64,000 nt of DNA from Schizochytrium sp. TIO01. Its lineage: Eukaryota; Protista; Bigyra: Labyrinthulomycetes. Every line of letters starts with the position of its first letter. Within the stretch, counting starts at the first letter, position 1. The stretch lies in contig SMSO01000034.1 in NCBI GenBank assembly GCA_004764695.1, positions 3,906,001 to 3,970,000 of the forward strand, written 5' to 3'. The notes under the pieces were generated by a model. It saw nothing but the letters and a program-made list of their open reading frames with translations, was not told where the DNA came from and made no database searches. Shown here piece after piece: positions 1 through 11,500 of the stretch. A program made the position numbers and the translations under genes.

Positions 1-857
1 GCAACGCGACACCGCAGTGGTCTTCTTGTTGATCCTGAGAGACGAGCTTCACGAAGCGTGAGAACCAGGATCTCATTCACCGAAGCAACACCAACTAAAA
101 CACCAAGCAGGAGGTTGTTCTGCACAAATTGACATTGTAGGCGCTTCAGAGAATATGCTCGCTCGTCCGCACTGGTCTGGCTTGGTCTGCGGTGGCCTCA
201 ATTCTGCACTCGTTGCCAACGAGTGATCGCCCTTTCTCGAGCTGATTCATCAATTTCGCCTTGCTTCAAGTTCTTGCAAGCAAGTACCATCGCTAAGTTT
301 TCCTTCAAGTTGGAGTTTGTGCGTGCTACGAACAGAGGCGAGACCAGGAGATGACTCCTCGAGTTCCTACTTCAGATTGCGCAGAAGCTACTACTGCCTG
401 TGGCTCCCTCCCTACCTACCACACAGAACTTCATGCAAAGAGACACAATCGCCATGAGAAGCAAAGAACTCAGCTGGATTTCTTGGAAACCCTGAGGACA
501 TCGAAGATGCCATCGCAAGCAGCGGTGCTCCCTCCTTTATGGTCTTCTTCACGAGCAGGAAGTCTGTCTATCCTTCTCCAAAACCTATGGACGAACGAAT
601 GCCGAACAGCGCCAAAGCTCCTTTCCAAGAAGAGCGGCGCCTCCTCCAACTCAAAGGAAAGGTTGCAGGTAAGTAAACCCATGAATGCACCGACCAATCC
701 ACCGATAGGCGAAGCAGACCCACCCTCACGCTGCTTGCTGGGCTGGCCCGCGCTCCGTGGACGAAGAAGAAGCCATCGATCGTCCATTCGAGGCTTTGAT
801 ACAGAGTCTGTACCTGCTTAGGTACGCTTTGTTTTGTTTTCTTTTGTTTTCACTGAG

Positions 858-892
858 ATGAATGAATGAATGAATGAATGAATGAATGAATG
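858..892. repeat. (ATGA)n microsatellite
   Basis: Directly visible tandem tetranucleotide. Confidence 0.95.
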
Positions 893-1717
893 TACGTACA
901 TTCCGTAGGACCTACCTACCGCTACCACTATCACTAATGACAAAACAGTTAATCAGTCTTCATTTGTTTCTTGAAACATAAACTGATCGATCCAAAGAGA
1001 GTATAGTTTAGTATGAGAAGTACAAACGATGATGAAAAAAACAACAAAAACCAAGAAAAACAGAGAAAGGATCCGGAAGAGCAGAAAAGAGATGGTCCCA
1101 CGCACACTGATGCGCGGCGGACGCGGAGATTTACTCGCTGCGCAGAGGCGGTGCCGGAGGCAGCCCTTGTGCACGGCCTGGTTATTGAAGGGGCGTCCCT
1201 GTCACCCACCTTCGCGGCCCACGGCAGCCGAGTAAAGCCTTCTCCGCAGGAGGTCTCAAGATTCGCCATTTCTATATGTATACTTACTTTCGAAGGTCGG
1301 TTCTCCTTTCTTCGCTATTTTACTTTCTCTCGTTTTTCTCTTCTTCTTTTTATTATTCTTCTTGTAAAGCGTTTTTAGAGCAAAACAGGCCAACAATATT
1401 TATTTGTTTATATTTTAATTTTAATTTTAATTGTAATTGTAATTGTAATTGTAACTTTAATAATTTAGGCTCATCTGTTTCTGTTCACGGCATTATTGAC
1501 TGATCTTGAACTTGAGACAGCAGAAATAAAGGAAACCAAGAAAGCTGACAGAGAGAGAGCTCCTGTGATAAGAGCGCCCATGAGACCCAGGCTTGAAGCA
1601 GCGATCGCGGCGCATGTTTGCAAGCACGAAAGAAGGCGGGCGATTGGCCTGGACGCAGGTATTAATAAACGGGGCGATGTCCTTGAAAATCACGGCCAAC
1701 TCGAGAAGAAAGAATGG

Positions 1718-1841
1718 TTTTCCTTTTCTTTCCTTTTCTTTTCTTTCCTTTTCTTTTCTTTCCTTTTCTTTTCTTTCCTTTTCTTTTCTTTCCTTTTCTT
1801 TTCTTTCCTTTTCTTTTCTTTCCTTTTCTTTCCTTTTCTTT
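1718..1841. repeat. Pure polypyrimidine minisatellite, 15-bp unit TTTCCTTTTCTTTTC
   Basis: About 124 nt of only C/T with a 15-bp period. It generates the spurious KERKE, FSFLF and FFPFL ORFs. Confidence 0.95.
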
Positions 1842-2135
1842 AGTTTGGGCTTTTCTTTTTGGGAGACTCGGAGAAGAACGAACTCGAAAAGACTTTTCGG
1901 GAAGGCAATTAATTGATGAAGGAATGAAGTTCGTGCCCGCGCAGTTTCACGGAGCATAGCGCCCTTTGGTCAATCAAGGGAGCCTCCAAACGCAGCCCGC
2001 TTCTCGTCTCTCAGCTTTCGACCCTATTTATCTCGGCCTCCACGCCTTCAGCTGTTCTTAATCGTCTCCGTCGTCATTGCCACTGTCGCAGAGTCGTCAA
2101 GAATAGCAAACTGCTCTGATAAAGACACTCAATGA

Positions 2136-2182
2136 ATGTATGTATGTATGTATGTATGTATGTATGTATGTATGTATGTATG
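2136..2182. repeat. (ATGT)n microsatellite
   Basis: Directly visible. Confidence 0.95.
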
Positions 2183-4302
2183 CATATATATGTGGGAAGA
2201 AGAGAAGAAGAGTTAGGAACAAAAGGAAAAAGAATCGCAGACCATTGGGCTCTTTCTTGATCTTTATATGCAAAGGATCTGAGCTTCTGACCATGTTCGT
2301 AGAATGGGAGGAAGGGCTTATGCTGAGAGAGGGCTTCGCGTGAAAGCCAAGGGAGCAGTAGATGCCCACGTCCGTCTCATTTCTTGCTTGCTTGCTTGGT
2401 TGCTTGCTTGGCTGTTGGTTTGTGCTTAAGATGCCCTGCCTGATTGATCTTTGTGTGATCAGGCCTTTTCTCATTTGTTTTGTTTTCTTTTCAATTAATT
2501 TTTAAGTTGTTTTTCAACTTTTAATTTAAAAGAAAAAGCCTTTTATTTTCACTTTTTGTTCGAGTTGAGTTTTTAGAGAGAATTGCAATTTGGGTTTCAA
2601 AGTTCTTGACCTCTTTTCTTTCCTTGTTTCCCATTCACGATCACTTTGTGTCTGCCTGCGCCTGCACTCAGTTACCCTTTTATTGCGAGGCCCGCCAGCG
2701 CCGCAGGTCGGCCGGCCGTCTGCCCCCACCTGGCGCCCTTGCCTCAGCAGCCACCCTGCTTCGGGCCGCGGCGTCTGCCTGACTGTCTGTCTGTCTGTCT
2801 GTGCGCGAAGCGCTGTCCGTTCGTTCCACCGTTCTATCGTTCCTCTCCATCGCCGTCTTGTTCCGCTGCGACAACAACAGCAAGTACTCCTCGAACTCGA
2901 GCTCGGGAGCGCTCGCGAAGGAAGGCCGCGTGCAAGCTATCGGAAACGCTCACTGGCAGCCGAGGCGTGCGCTGCTGGGCTCGTGGCCTAGCGAACGAGC
3001 GCGCGCAGAGGTCCAGAGAGCCAAGCTTGCCACCTAGGTTTGGGCTGCATTGCTTGCTCTTCGAGGTTGTTGACGTTGACGTTGACAGCGAACGCCTCGT
3101 CGAGAAGGAAGCGTCTCAATCGACTGAGCTATAGCCTGCGTGGCATTTGTTTGGGGCTTGTAGACCATAGTTGGCAAAACCTTCTTGCTCGAGTTCTGGA
3201 CTTTGCTTCTACTCGCACTCAGCCACGCGTGTACGCTGCTGGTGCCTATATTTTCAGGTTCTTGGGTCTACAGTTGCATCTTTATCAAATCTCCACGTCC
3301 TGCTCGCCACCATCACCCGGGCTGTGCAATTGACTTGTGGTCGAAATCCGTTCGCAGGCTGCGTTGCAATTTATTCTGGTTTGGTGGGGCTGGTCAGCGG
3401 ACATAAGAGTTTGCAAGAGTTGGGACTCGGGATTAAGTCAGTGAGGCAGGTCAGCTTTGGTAGCACTGGAGCCAAGAATTCGCCAACTTGAAGAACATCA
3501 GACTATACTCACCAATCACCCGAAGAACCAAAGAAGAGATTCTCTCGTTGCAGCAGGAGAAGAAGCAGAAGAAGAAGAGAACTTAACGAAGCCTGGTCGC
3601 AGAGTACAGATCTGGGACACTGTAGTTTATCAGTTTGACATCTTCACCAGAATATCCACCGGATTGAATCAAAACTGCGCCTCTCGCACTACACATATTT
3701 AACATACTGTGTAGATATTTGAGAGAAGACCCGGCTGTGCCGCAAGTCCCGTGCATAGGAAGCCTGGACAAATCGATAACAGCTATCAAGCGACCAGCCA
3801 GTACCTAGGTAGGTAGGGTATTATATTGGCCTGTTCCTCTTCATTCCAGTTTTCTTATTGGTTTTTGGCGCTGCTGTTTTCTTTGTTCTCTACTTTTCTT
3901 TTCTCTCCTTTTTCTTCTTCTTGATTCACAAAAATATTTAGAAAAGAAACAACCGCAAGTTCGAAAAGGAAAAGAAAAGAAGAAGAAAAAAGAAAAGAGG
4001 AAAAAAAGAACTTCGAAACTCATTCAAGGTCAGAGTCAAACTTGAAAAGAAAAAGAAGAAGAAGAAGAAGAAGCGAGATTCTTCAACTTGCAACATTGGA
4101 AAGGCTGCGTCGACTTATCTTCTTCGTCGGTTTCGGAGAAGTTACTGCCGTTTAAAATTGCTTCCCACGGAGGGATCGATTACCCATTGGCGCGAGGACC
4201 GCCATTTTAGTACCAGCCAGCAAGTTAAGAACCCCCGTTCGTTGGATAAGGTAGCAGGAAACCTTCCTTTTGTCACAACACTCTTGGAAAACACAATTCG
4301 AA

Positions 4303-7300
4303 ATGGACGCCCATGCAAACGCTCGGGATAATCGCGAGAATGAAGAGAACCCTAGCGGCGCTAGGACGACCTCCCTCTTAACATACCCCACAAATGACCA
4401 GCCAGCTTCACGATCTGAAGATGCAATGGCGGTGCATCGCGAGCCACTCTACCGTCGGCCTTTTCCCAACGAGATGCAGGACAGAGATGAGGAAGAAATC
4501 AGCTTGTCCTCCTCTCCCACTTCCCCGGCAGAGACAGCAGATCCCAAAAAGAGCACTGCTGCCGTCATGGCAGAGTACAAGGCTTCGATACAACAGCAAA
4601 CTATTCAAGAAAGTGAGGATGAGCAGAAGCACACGTCATCGTCACTTCATGACGAGAATTTCAAGCAAGTAGACTATAATAATAACAACAACAACAACAA
4701 CAACAGCAACAACAACAACAAGGGCAATGAAGCTGACAAAACGCGCATTCACACGCTTGATCCAAAACGAAGTGCAGATATGCAGATGGAAAAGCATCTT
4801 CAATCCCTCAGCGCGCCTATTGAAGAGGACAGTCAAGGGAAGCGAGTTGTTTACGTTGCAGAAACAGTTGCAGAAAATGATGACTGGGATGACGACGACG
4901 ACGATGATGATAATGACTCAGAGTCAGCCTTTAAGCGATGCAGGAGGATGCCACGTGCATTAATTATCATCCGTACTTACATTGAGCAACATCCAATCCG
5001 AATCGGTGTCACCTGTGTAGGCCTTCTTCTCATCATTGCAGGTGTTTGTATGAAAGTCTATAGTGTACTCGATGCCCGTCACCTTCCCGTAGCGCTTCTG
5101 CTCACTGGCTGCTCACTGATGTCAGCTATTATTGCAGACCTCACTGTCTTGGGTATTCAATCATTCATGCAGTTCATTGTACGCATTTCAGATAACAAAG
5201 AGGTTGAATATTTCATCACCGCTGCTTTATTTTACGTCTCAACCACTCGCAACTCGCTCGTCAATATGTTGTGGCTCATCTACATTATTATTCTCGTTGC
5301 TGCATGGGCCCCGCGCAACTCAAGTGGGGCTATTGTCCAAACATGGGATACTGCGTACTACCATCTCGTTCGAATCATAGCTATCCTTGCTCTAACGGTC
5401 TTCGCGCGTATCGTGGCTATTGTGCTTCGCATGTACCTGGTGCAAGACTTTGGCACACGCTCCTATCAGGAAAAAGTGAAAGTCAGTCTTTCTGAGGAAG
5501 TTCTCTTGGCCAAACTCAGACGCGTTGCGCCGGACCCAGTTCTAACGAGTTTGGTCACTCGCATGCATCACATTGTGAAAGAAGGAGGAGTTGTTGGACC
5601 TGAACTGTGGCAGAACCTCCTGCGGTATGTTTGCTCGCATCACGTGGACGGCTTGGAGCCTCGCCATCGCAAACATCAACCTGTAAAAGCTGGCGTCGAT
5701 AATGGCCTTAGTAAGCGTTCAAGACCTGTGGCTACCTCAGTATTTGCGTGGTTCATTGCACGAATTGACGCAAATAAACCCAAGGGTTCTCAACCACGCT
5801 CACGAGCAGGATCTTTAAATAGTGTAACAACATACGACAGCCTTGATGACCAATACGAACCTGTAGCTGCCGCAGACGTTGAATCGCTGACATCCTCGTT
5901 ACCGCGTACAATTATTCCAACCATGGATGAGCGCAGTTCTGGTAGCTCGCCTCCTATTATTCGTCCAAACTCATCACCCTTGATGATGAGTCTCACTGCG
6001 CCCGTTACGGCACCACCAAGACCTATGATGCATGTAGACCGCCCCACCATGTACGATCTAAGCTCTGGTTCTGATGCAATACTACGCAGCACCAAATCCA
6101 GCGATATGCTAATGCAGAAAATGAGACGTCGAAAAGGCACCCCTTCCTTTTCTAACGTCGTTCGTCGCGCCAAAGCAGCTTTAGACGAAGGTCGCTCTCC
6201 TACACCAAAATCTGTTGATAAGGTGGAGCAGCTGGCACGCTCACAAACACTGTCTTATGTTCGCCAAAAACGAAAGATATATGGTAAAGACACCAGCGCC
6301 TCAAAGCTTTCTATGCGATTCATGCTCAAGGATGAAGTCATGCCCATTTTCAAAGAGTTAGATTCAGCTTACAATTGGGATCGTGTCTGGGACACTTATT
6401 TTGACCCCAAAAAACAGGGGTTTGTGACATGGCATCGCTTCAAAGAAGTTATTGCCGAATTTTATGAAACGCGCTACAATCTTGCGCTCACTCTGATGGA
6501 CTCCCAAGCTGTGCTTAAATCTATGGATGTGGTGATCATGTCAGTTCTTATGATGGTTGTTCTGACGCTTGGTTTGGCAATGTATAGTACCGAGCTTGTG
6601 GCGCTTCTCGCAAGTATTGGTACTGTCATCGTTGGCTATTCTTTCATCTTTGGAAGCACGGTGGCTTCCTCGTTTGAAAATATTATTTTCCTGTTTGGTA
6701 TTCACCCATACGATGTTGGTGATACGCTCTACATGAACAATGACTTTTATACGGTCCTCCGCATTCGACTGCTTTCTACTGATTTTCTTCAAATGGATGG
6801 AAACTTCATTCGCCTCGAGAATCACCAGGTTGCGGCGATGGCTCCAATTTCAAATCTTTCCACCTCCCGCAATCACGCTGTACGCCTGGAGACTTTTGTG
6901 CCTGCGACTGACATTTCAGAGACGCTCATGCAACAAATTCAGGATAGCATGAAGAAATTTGCAGATTCTCATTCCCACATGTTCACAGCCATTAGCGTCA
7001 CCGCGCGTGATCTCATGCACCCGCTGCGCGCTACTGGTGAAATGGCTGCTTGGGGCACGCATCCAACACATGCCCGTCTGGTCTTCTGGATAGATTTCGC
7101 TTATTCTTTTGAGGACGTAGGCCGTGTCTTTGATGATCAATCTCTCTGCGTTCAGCACATCTGTGCAACTCTTGTCAAACTTGGCATGGCAAAGCCTCTT
7201 CTGGAACCGTCTGGCAATACTCCGAAACAATTTGGTAATCACTTTTCACATGACGACATGGAAGACCATGATGCTGGGCACTCAATGTATCACTCCTCGG

Positions 7301-7389
7301 AAACACCAGAGCCTATTCTCCAGGCTCCCATACCCATCCACGGTCACCAACTTCGGTCAAGCACACCGCCTCCATACCTACGTCAGTAG
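4303..7389 (+). CDS. MscS-like (MSL) mechanosensitive ion channel, paralog 1
   Basis: Single-exon ORF. The track starts at TTG 4270; the first in-frame ATG is 4303 (MDAHANARD). It has several N-terminal TM segments, an EF-hand-like FDPKKQGFVTWHRF, and the MscS core with pore region SIGTVIVGYSFIFGST and the eukaryotic MSL signature IIFLFGIHPYDVGD followed by RIRLLSTDF and ISNLSTS. Confidence 0.9.
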   Translation: MDAHANARDNRENEENPSGARTTSLLTYPTNDQPASRSEDAMAVHREPLYRRPFPNEMQDRDEEEISLSSSPTSPAETADPKKSTAAVMAEYKASIQQQTIQESEDEQKHTSSSLHDENFKQVDYNNNNNNNNNSNNNNKGNEADKTRIHTLDPKRSADMQMEKHLQSLSAPIEEDSQGKRVVYVAETVAENDDWDDDDDDDDNDSESAFKRCRRMPRALIIIRTYIEQHPIRIGVTCVGLLLIIAGVCMKVYSVLDARHLPVALLLTGCSLMSAIIADLTVLGIQSFMQFIVRISDNKEVEYFITAALFYVSTTRNSLVNMLWLIYIIILVAAWAPRNSSGAIVQTWDTAYYHLVRIIAILALTVFARIVAIVLRMYLVQDFGTRSYQEKVKVSLSEEVLLAKLRRVAPDPVLTSLVTRMHHIVKEGGVVGPELWQNLLRYVCSHHVDGLEPRHRKHQPVKAGVDNGLSKRSRPVATSVFAWFIARIDANKPKGSQPRSRAGSLNSVTTYDSLDDQYEPVAAADVESLTSSLPRTIIPTMDERSSGSSPPIIRPNSSPLMMSLTAPVTAPPRPMMHVDRPTMYDLSSGSDAILRSTKSSDMLMQKMRRRKGTPSFSNVVRRAKAALDEGRSPTPKSVDKVEQLARSQTLSYVRQKRKIYGKDTSASKLSMRFMLKDEVMPIFKELDSAYNWDRVWDTYFDPKKQGFVTWHRFKEVIAEFYETRYNLALTLMDSQAVLKSMDVVIMSVLMMVVLTLGLAMYSTELVALLASIGTVIVGYSFIFGSTVASSFENIIFLFGIHPYDVGDTLYMNNDFYTVLRIRLLSTDFLQMDGNFIRLENHQVAAMAPISNLSTSRNHAVRLETFVPATDISETLMQQIQDSMKKFADSHSHMFTAISVTARDLMHPLRATGEMAAWGTHPTHARLVFWIDFAYSFEDVGRVFDDQSLCVQHICATLVKLGMAKPLLEPSGNTPKQFGNHFSHDDMEDHDAGHSMYHSSETPEPILQAPIPIHGHQLRSSTPPPYLRQ

Positions 7390-7860
7390 TTTTTACACAA
7401 TCTGCACATGAAATAAATATAATTTTTCTTATAATAGTTCTGCTTGATTATTGTGCATATGACACGTTTCCTTCTTTTTGAGACCTAGCTTGACTTTTAA
7501 CGGATTCGTTTGCTTAATTTTCAATCAAATCTAAAGAAGAACCACGACAAATATTTTGGAAGCTTGCAACTATCTACCCACAAAACGCTCTCTAGCTTGG
7601 TTACAGAATAAAAGAAATAAAGATATAATCTAGGCTATTTATTCAAGATTCCACTCTAGAGTACCAATCATCTATATATACTTCTGAGAACTGTAGGTAG
7701 ACCCAAGTGCATTACCTTTATTTCCCAAACGAAGGTCTGCCTGGTTCAACCATTGTTGGCCTCTGATTTATGATTAGCATTAGTATTCCTAATATCTGTA
7801 TCAAATAGAGCTTCAAGGTCATGCCCAATGTCTCTTTCTCTAGATGGGAACAACAAGAAC

Positions 7861-8320
7861 TCGAGCCTTCGATTATGGTGAACTTGGGAAAAGCGACATG
7901 TAGCCCATTTATCACCACCCTACTACCAGTAGAGCTACTCCAGGGCTACTCACACCCATGAGTTATACCTGCCAAAAACGTATGAGATCCAGCTTACAGT
8001 AGTCCCTGATGGCCTAGTTATCCAGTCCCATCTTAAATCTTGTGGATCATGCTGAGACAATTGGGTTCCTGTACTACTAGCAATACTAATAACATACGTA
8101 GAACTATGATAGTATTCCTTAAGAACCCCGAGCCAGCTGGGTTCCGCAACCATTCCGTAAAACTATCATGATGAGGCTTCTAGTGTTTACCCCATATATG
8201 GTTATTCATATCCAAAGTGCCTCGTCCACGACAGCCACATTTTAGATTTTAGAACCAATAATAACCTCCGTCAGCAAACACAGAATTGAGACCTTGAGAA
8301 GCATCTTTGGTAACAAGACC
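7861..8320 (+). mobile_element. Decayed PIF/Harbinger-like (DDE_Tnp_4) transposase fragment
   Basis: Hand translation from 7921 gives YYQ*SYSRATHTHELYLPKTYEIQLTVVPDGLVIQSHLKSCGSC*DNW. The same frame at 8188 gives YPIYGYSYP, then after a frameshift SKHRIE..IFG. The order matches Harbinger motifs YSGxKxxH..Q.VV.PDG..GS.HD, YGDxAYP and SxxRxxxExxFG. Stops and frameshifts are present; no TIRs were found. Confidence 0.5.
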
Positions 8321-8408
8321 ACGATAGACACGAGTCTCCTTGCTGGCATAGAAGGACATATACTATATAGAGAGAGTCGACGACTGGCAAACCATCGTTG
8401 CATACAGA

Positions 8409-8741
8409 ATGGGACGTAGCAGATCGAGCTCAAGAGGTAGTAGGACCTCCAAACGATCCTCCCATCACAAACGGCATCGCAACGAAAAGCGCTCAAGGAT
8501 GTCAGAAGAAGAGATTCTCATGCTTCTAGACTACGACCCAGAGTCGATCTTTGAGGAGTGGGGTCCAGAACATTTTGCACTGCTTACGGATGATATTGTG
8601 CAGATTCTCACAGTAGACCAAGTCGAAGCAATACAAGCACGGCAACAAGCTGACGAAGAAGTCTATTCTGCTCTCAGGAAAGTCAATCACAGTCTCGCCG
8701 AACGACTAATGAGCATCTTCATGAAAGAGGTGCTAGTCTAG
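8409..8741 (+). other. 110-aa ORF directly after the transposase relic; possible element C-terminus or accessory ORF remnant
   Basis: Open frame with a basic NLS-like N-terminus (RSRSSSRGSRTSKRSSHHKRHR) and an acidic helical remainder. No recognisable domain. Confidence 0.25.
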
Positions 8742-8993
8742 TGAGTTCTAGAATTTGAGAATAAAGACAAAAACTTCCGTGATATACAAAGATGATACTG
8801 ATGGCCAGAATAGAACAGAGGTCTCACTGATCTAGTGATAATGTTATCTATAGCACAGCTGTAACCACATAATTAAAACGTTGTACTTTTACCTTTTAAC
8901 GATTTAGGGAAAAGAAAAAGAAGCTCGCCCGCCACAAGATTTTCTAGCGAGTAAAAATTGTAAACTTTAAAAATACCACCTCCAACTCATAGA

Positions 8994-9400
8994 AGATGCT
9001 AGGATGTCCAATCGAAGGAACCAGTGGACAAGACATTGCTATAGTCCCAGGCGCCCCTTTATAAGACCTTCTTGATATAGTGTTTGTAACAGAACTAAAC
9101 TAGACAACCAGACTTGCATTGTTCATTAGTCTAGCTAGAGAATCAAAAGTGTACTTACACACTCTCTAAGATAAAACATGGTGTAATCTGAACTGATAGT
9201 TGAGAAGAAAAGTTAATCTAAGTCCGACAAGCAGTTCAGATATGCCTTGGTCTCCTAACTACTATATAAATCACTCTTCCTTGGAATTCAATCCCAAAGG
9301 ACTGGAGTTCGCTACCTCTTAAAAGCCTCATATTGCCATTCCTTTTTAAGCCTTTCATCCTCATAGTCAACTTTTATCCGACCAAATTCATCTCTCAGTA
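8994..9400 (-). pseudogene. Dispersed decayed coding fragment, copy 1 (homologous to 43991-44410)
   Basis: Nucleotide similarity by eye, e.g. ccaatcgaaggaaccagtggacaagacattgcta vs ccaatcgagggagctagtggacaaaacattgcta. Minus-strand peptides LLRDEFGRIKVDYEDE and YKGAPGTIAMSCPLVPSIGHPSIFYELEV are interrupted by stops. Confidence 0.7.
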
Positions 9401-11500
9401 GAATAGTAAGAAAACACCCACAACTTTCAGACAAATGCCTTCTGGATAGTGATCAGAAAGAAAAGATTGTTGTTCTGGATTATACGCTGAACATCAAATT
9501 GTATACAAGTCTTCAGTAAACCACTTTTTATAAGCACAAGTTACTTCTTAAATTGTAAAACTCTCACAATTGAGTTGATGTATAGCAAGTCTGAATACAT
9601 ATGACTACATTTGTCGCTAAGTATTCGAACAAAGTGAAGCAGCAATTTAACGAAAGATTGGAACGATTATGTAAAGACTGCCACAGAACTAGTCTTTTTC
9701 AGGCCTGTATACTAATCTTATTTGGCATTCCATTTAGAAGAGTTCAATTTCCTTACTATTTTCATCCCTGGCAACTTGGGAGTCTATTATTTGCAACCTG
9801 AAGAGAAGGGGCCCCAATACCTAAGAGGATTGAACTGAAACTTTTACAAAAGCTCATGGAAAATCTGATCTTTTTTTTTTTAAATCAAAGTTTGTAAGTT
9901 GGCGAGATAATTCAACCTCTGTTATGACTTTGGACCAAGAAAATTCCCCCGGAGGTATAATGCTGATCAATAAAATAAGTATATTCTCGCAGATAGTAGT
10001 GATTACATTTTCTTTCTTTTTTTAATTTTTTATTCCCCTTCACTTTACCTTTCTTTTATGTGTCCGTTGCACAGAACGCAAGCTCCCACTGCTGTATGGA
10101 AAGATATGGGCATGGGAGTAGCCTGATTCTCCTAATCGACGACTCTCACTTGCGTTAAGCCTCTTACTGGAAAGCCAGAAACTTCAAGTTGTAACTTTGC
10201 AAATGCAAAAGTGAATAGGGAAAAAAATCCTCAAACCAAAAACAAGCACTTGAACGTTATGACCCACAAGTTGATTTGGATTCCTCACATATTTACTCGA
10301 AGAAATCCAGGTACGCCTTGCCTGTCGTTGCTACTAGTTGAGCAAAACAAGCTCACGTGATAACCAATCGGGCGCCTTCTCGCATTAGCAAAGGCAAGTA
10401 ACGTTGCGTTGAGATCGTCTTATGACCTGAAACGATATTGGTAATGTCATTTTGTTTAGAACGTTTCCTTTTTGACCGTCGCGAATTTGTAAGAAGTTGA
10501 GACTGGTCTACGAAACGGGTATAGGCCTGAGGTTTCAATGGGGCTCAGATTTCCGGCAGGCATCACGAGAGGGTCATGTAGCCTTTTTCACACGGTGCCG
10601 CGGGCCCATCTGTACAATGATAAAGAAACATGAAAACATAATATTTACCCTCGAAAAGAAAGCTTTCTTTAGTTTAATTTGGAAAACTTAGAGAGCATAG
10701 AACTACTAGGCAAGACCGCAGAGAAGCACAAGACTGGGACATTCCGGATGCCTAGAGCAGCTTCCAAGATGCCCCTGACATTGTGCCCCTCACAATCTCG
10801 TGCGTTTAAGTTCCCTCTGTTTGCTGTTTTTTTTGTTTTGTTTTTTAATATTGAATAATACGAGGAGATACTTCCCAGAGCCGTTCGGGATAATGTAAAC
10901 ACTAACTCATTGTGCCGAGTCATTGCACTAAGTGTGCGTGATACATCGCAACAGTCTTTATGCGCAATATATAGACTCTTATGAAAAAGTAATAAAGTCC
11001 AACTCGCCCGAGGAGCATAGTAACAGCCACCTGAATTAACTGTCCAGTTCACCCACGCATTTATCACCGCTGGAGGGTCAAACCACAACCGGGTAATAAA
11101 TACTTTTAGCTTTTACATATCGCATCGCCTCCAGGGTTAACGCAAGAATAATAGAAACTGCACTTGATTGATGAAGCATTGAGTTCATATGCATATATCA
11201 AATTAGGAATTTCGAGAGTGGGGCTGTGCTATGAGTTTGGCTCTATAACAAGGAGAGGGCTCTAAACGAAAAGATTAAAGGGCAAACCAACAATACGAAG
11301 CATCGTTTGGCTGCCCTGGGCATACTGCTTTTTTGGCGTGCAGTTCGACTGTACGAGGTACAGTGAGGCTACTCTCAGCCGCGAGGCGGCACTTATTTAC
11401 ATTGTTCATATTTTCTACAATCCTGGAACTGACCTCGCCGAGAAAGGTTGGCTAGTACAAAGGGAAGAACCTCGCAGAATAAACCACAGCTCGCGCAACA

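Noticed and set aside
1493-1959. ORFs with KERKE, FSFLF or FFPFL repeats
   Set aside because: They are translations of the 15-bp pyrimidine minisatellite, open in several frames on both strands.
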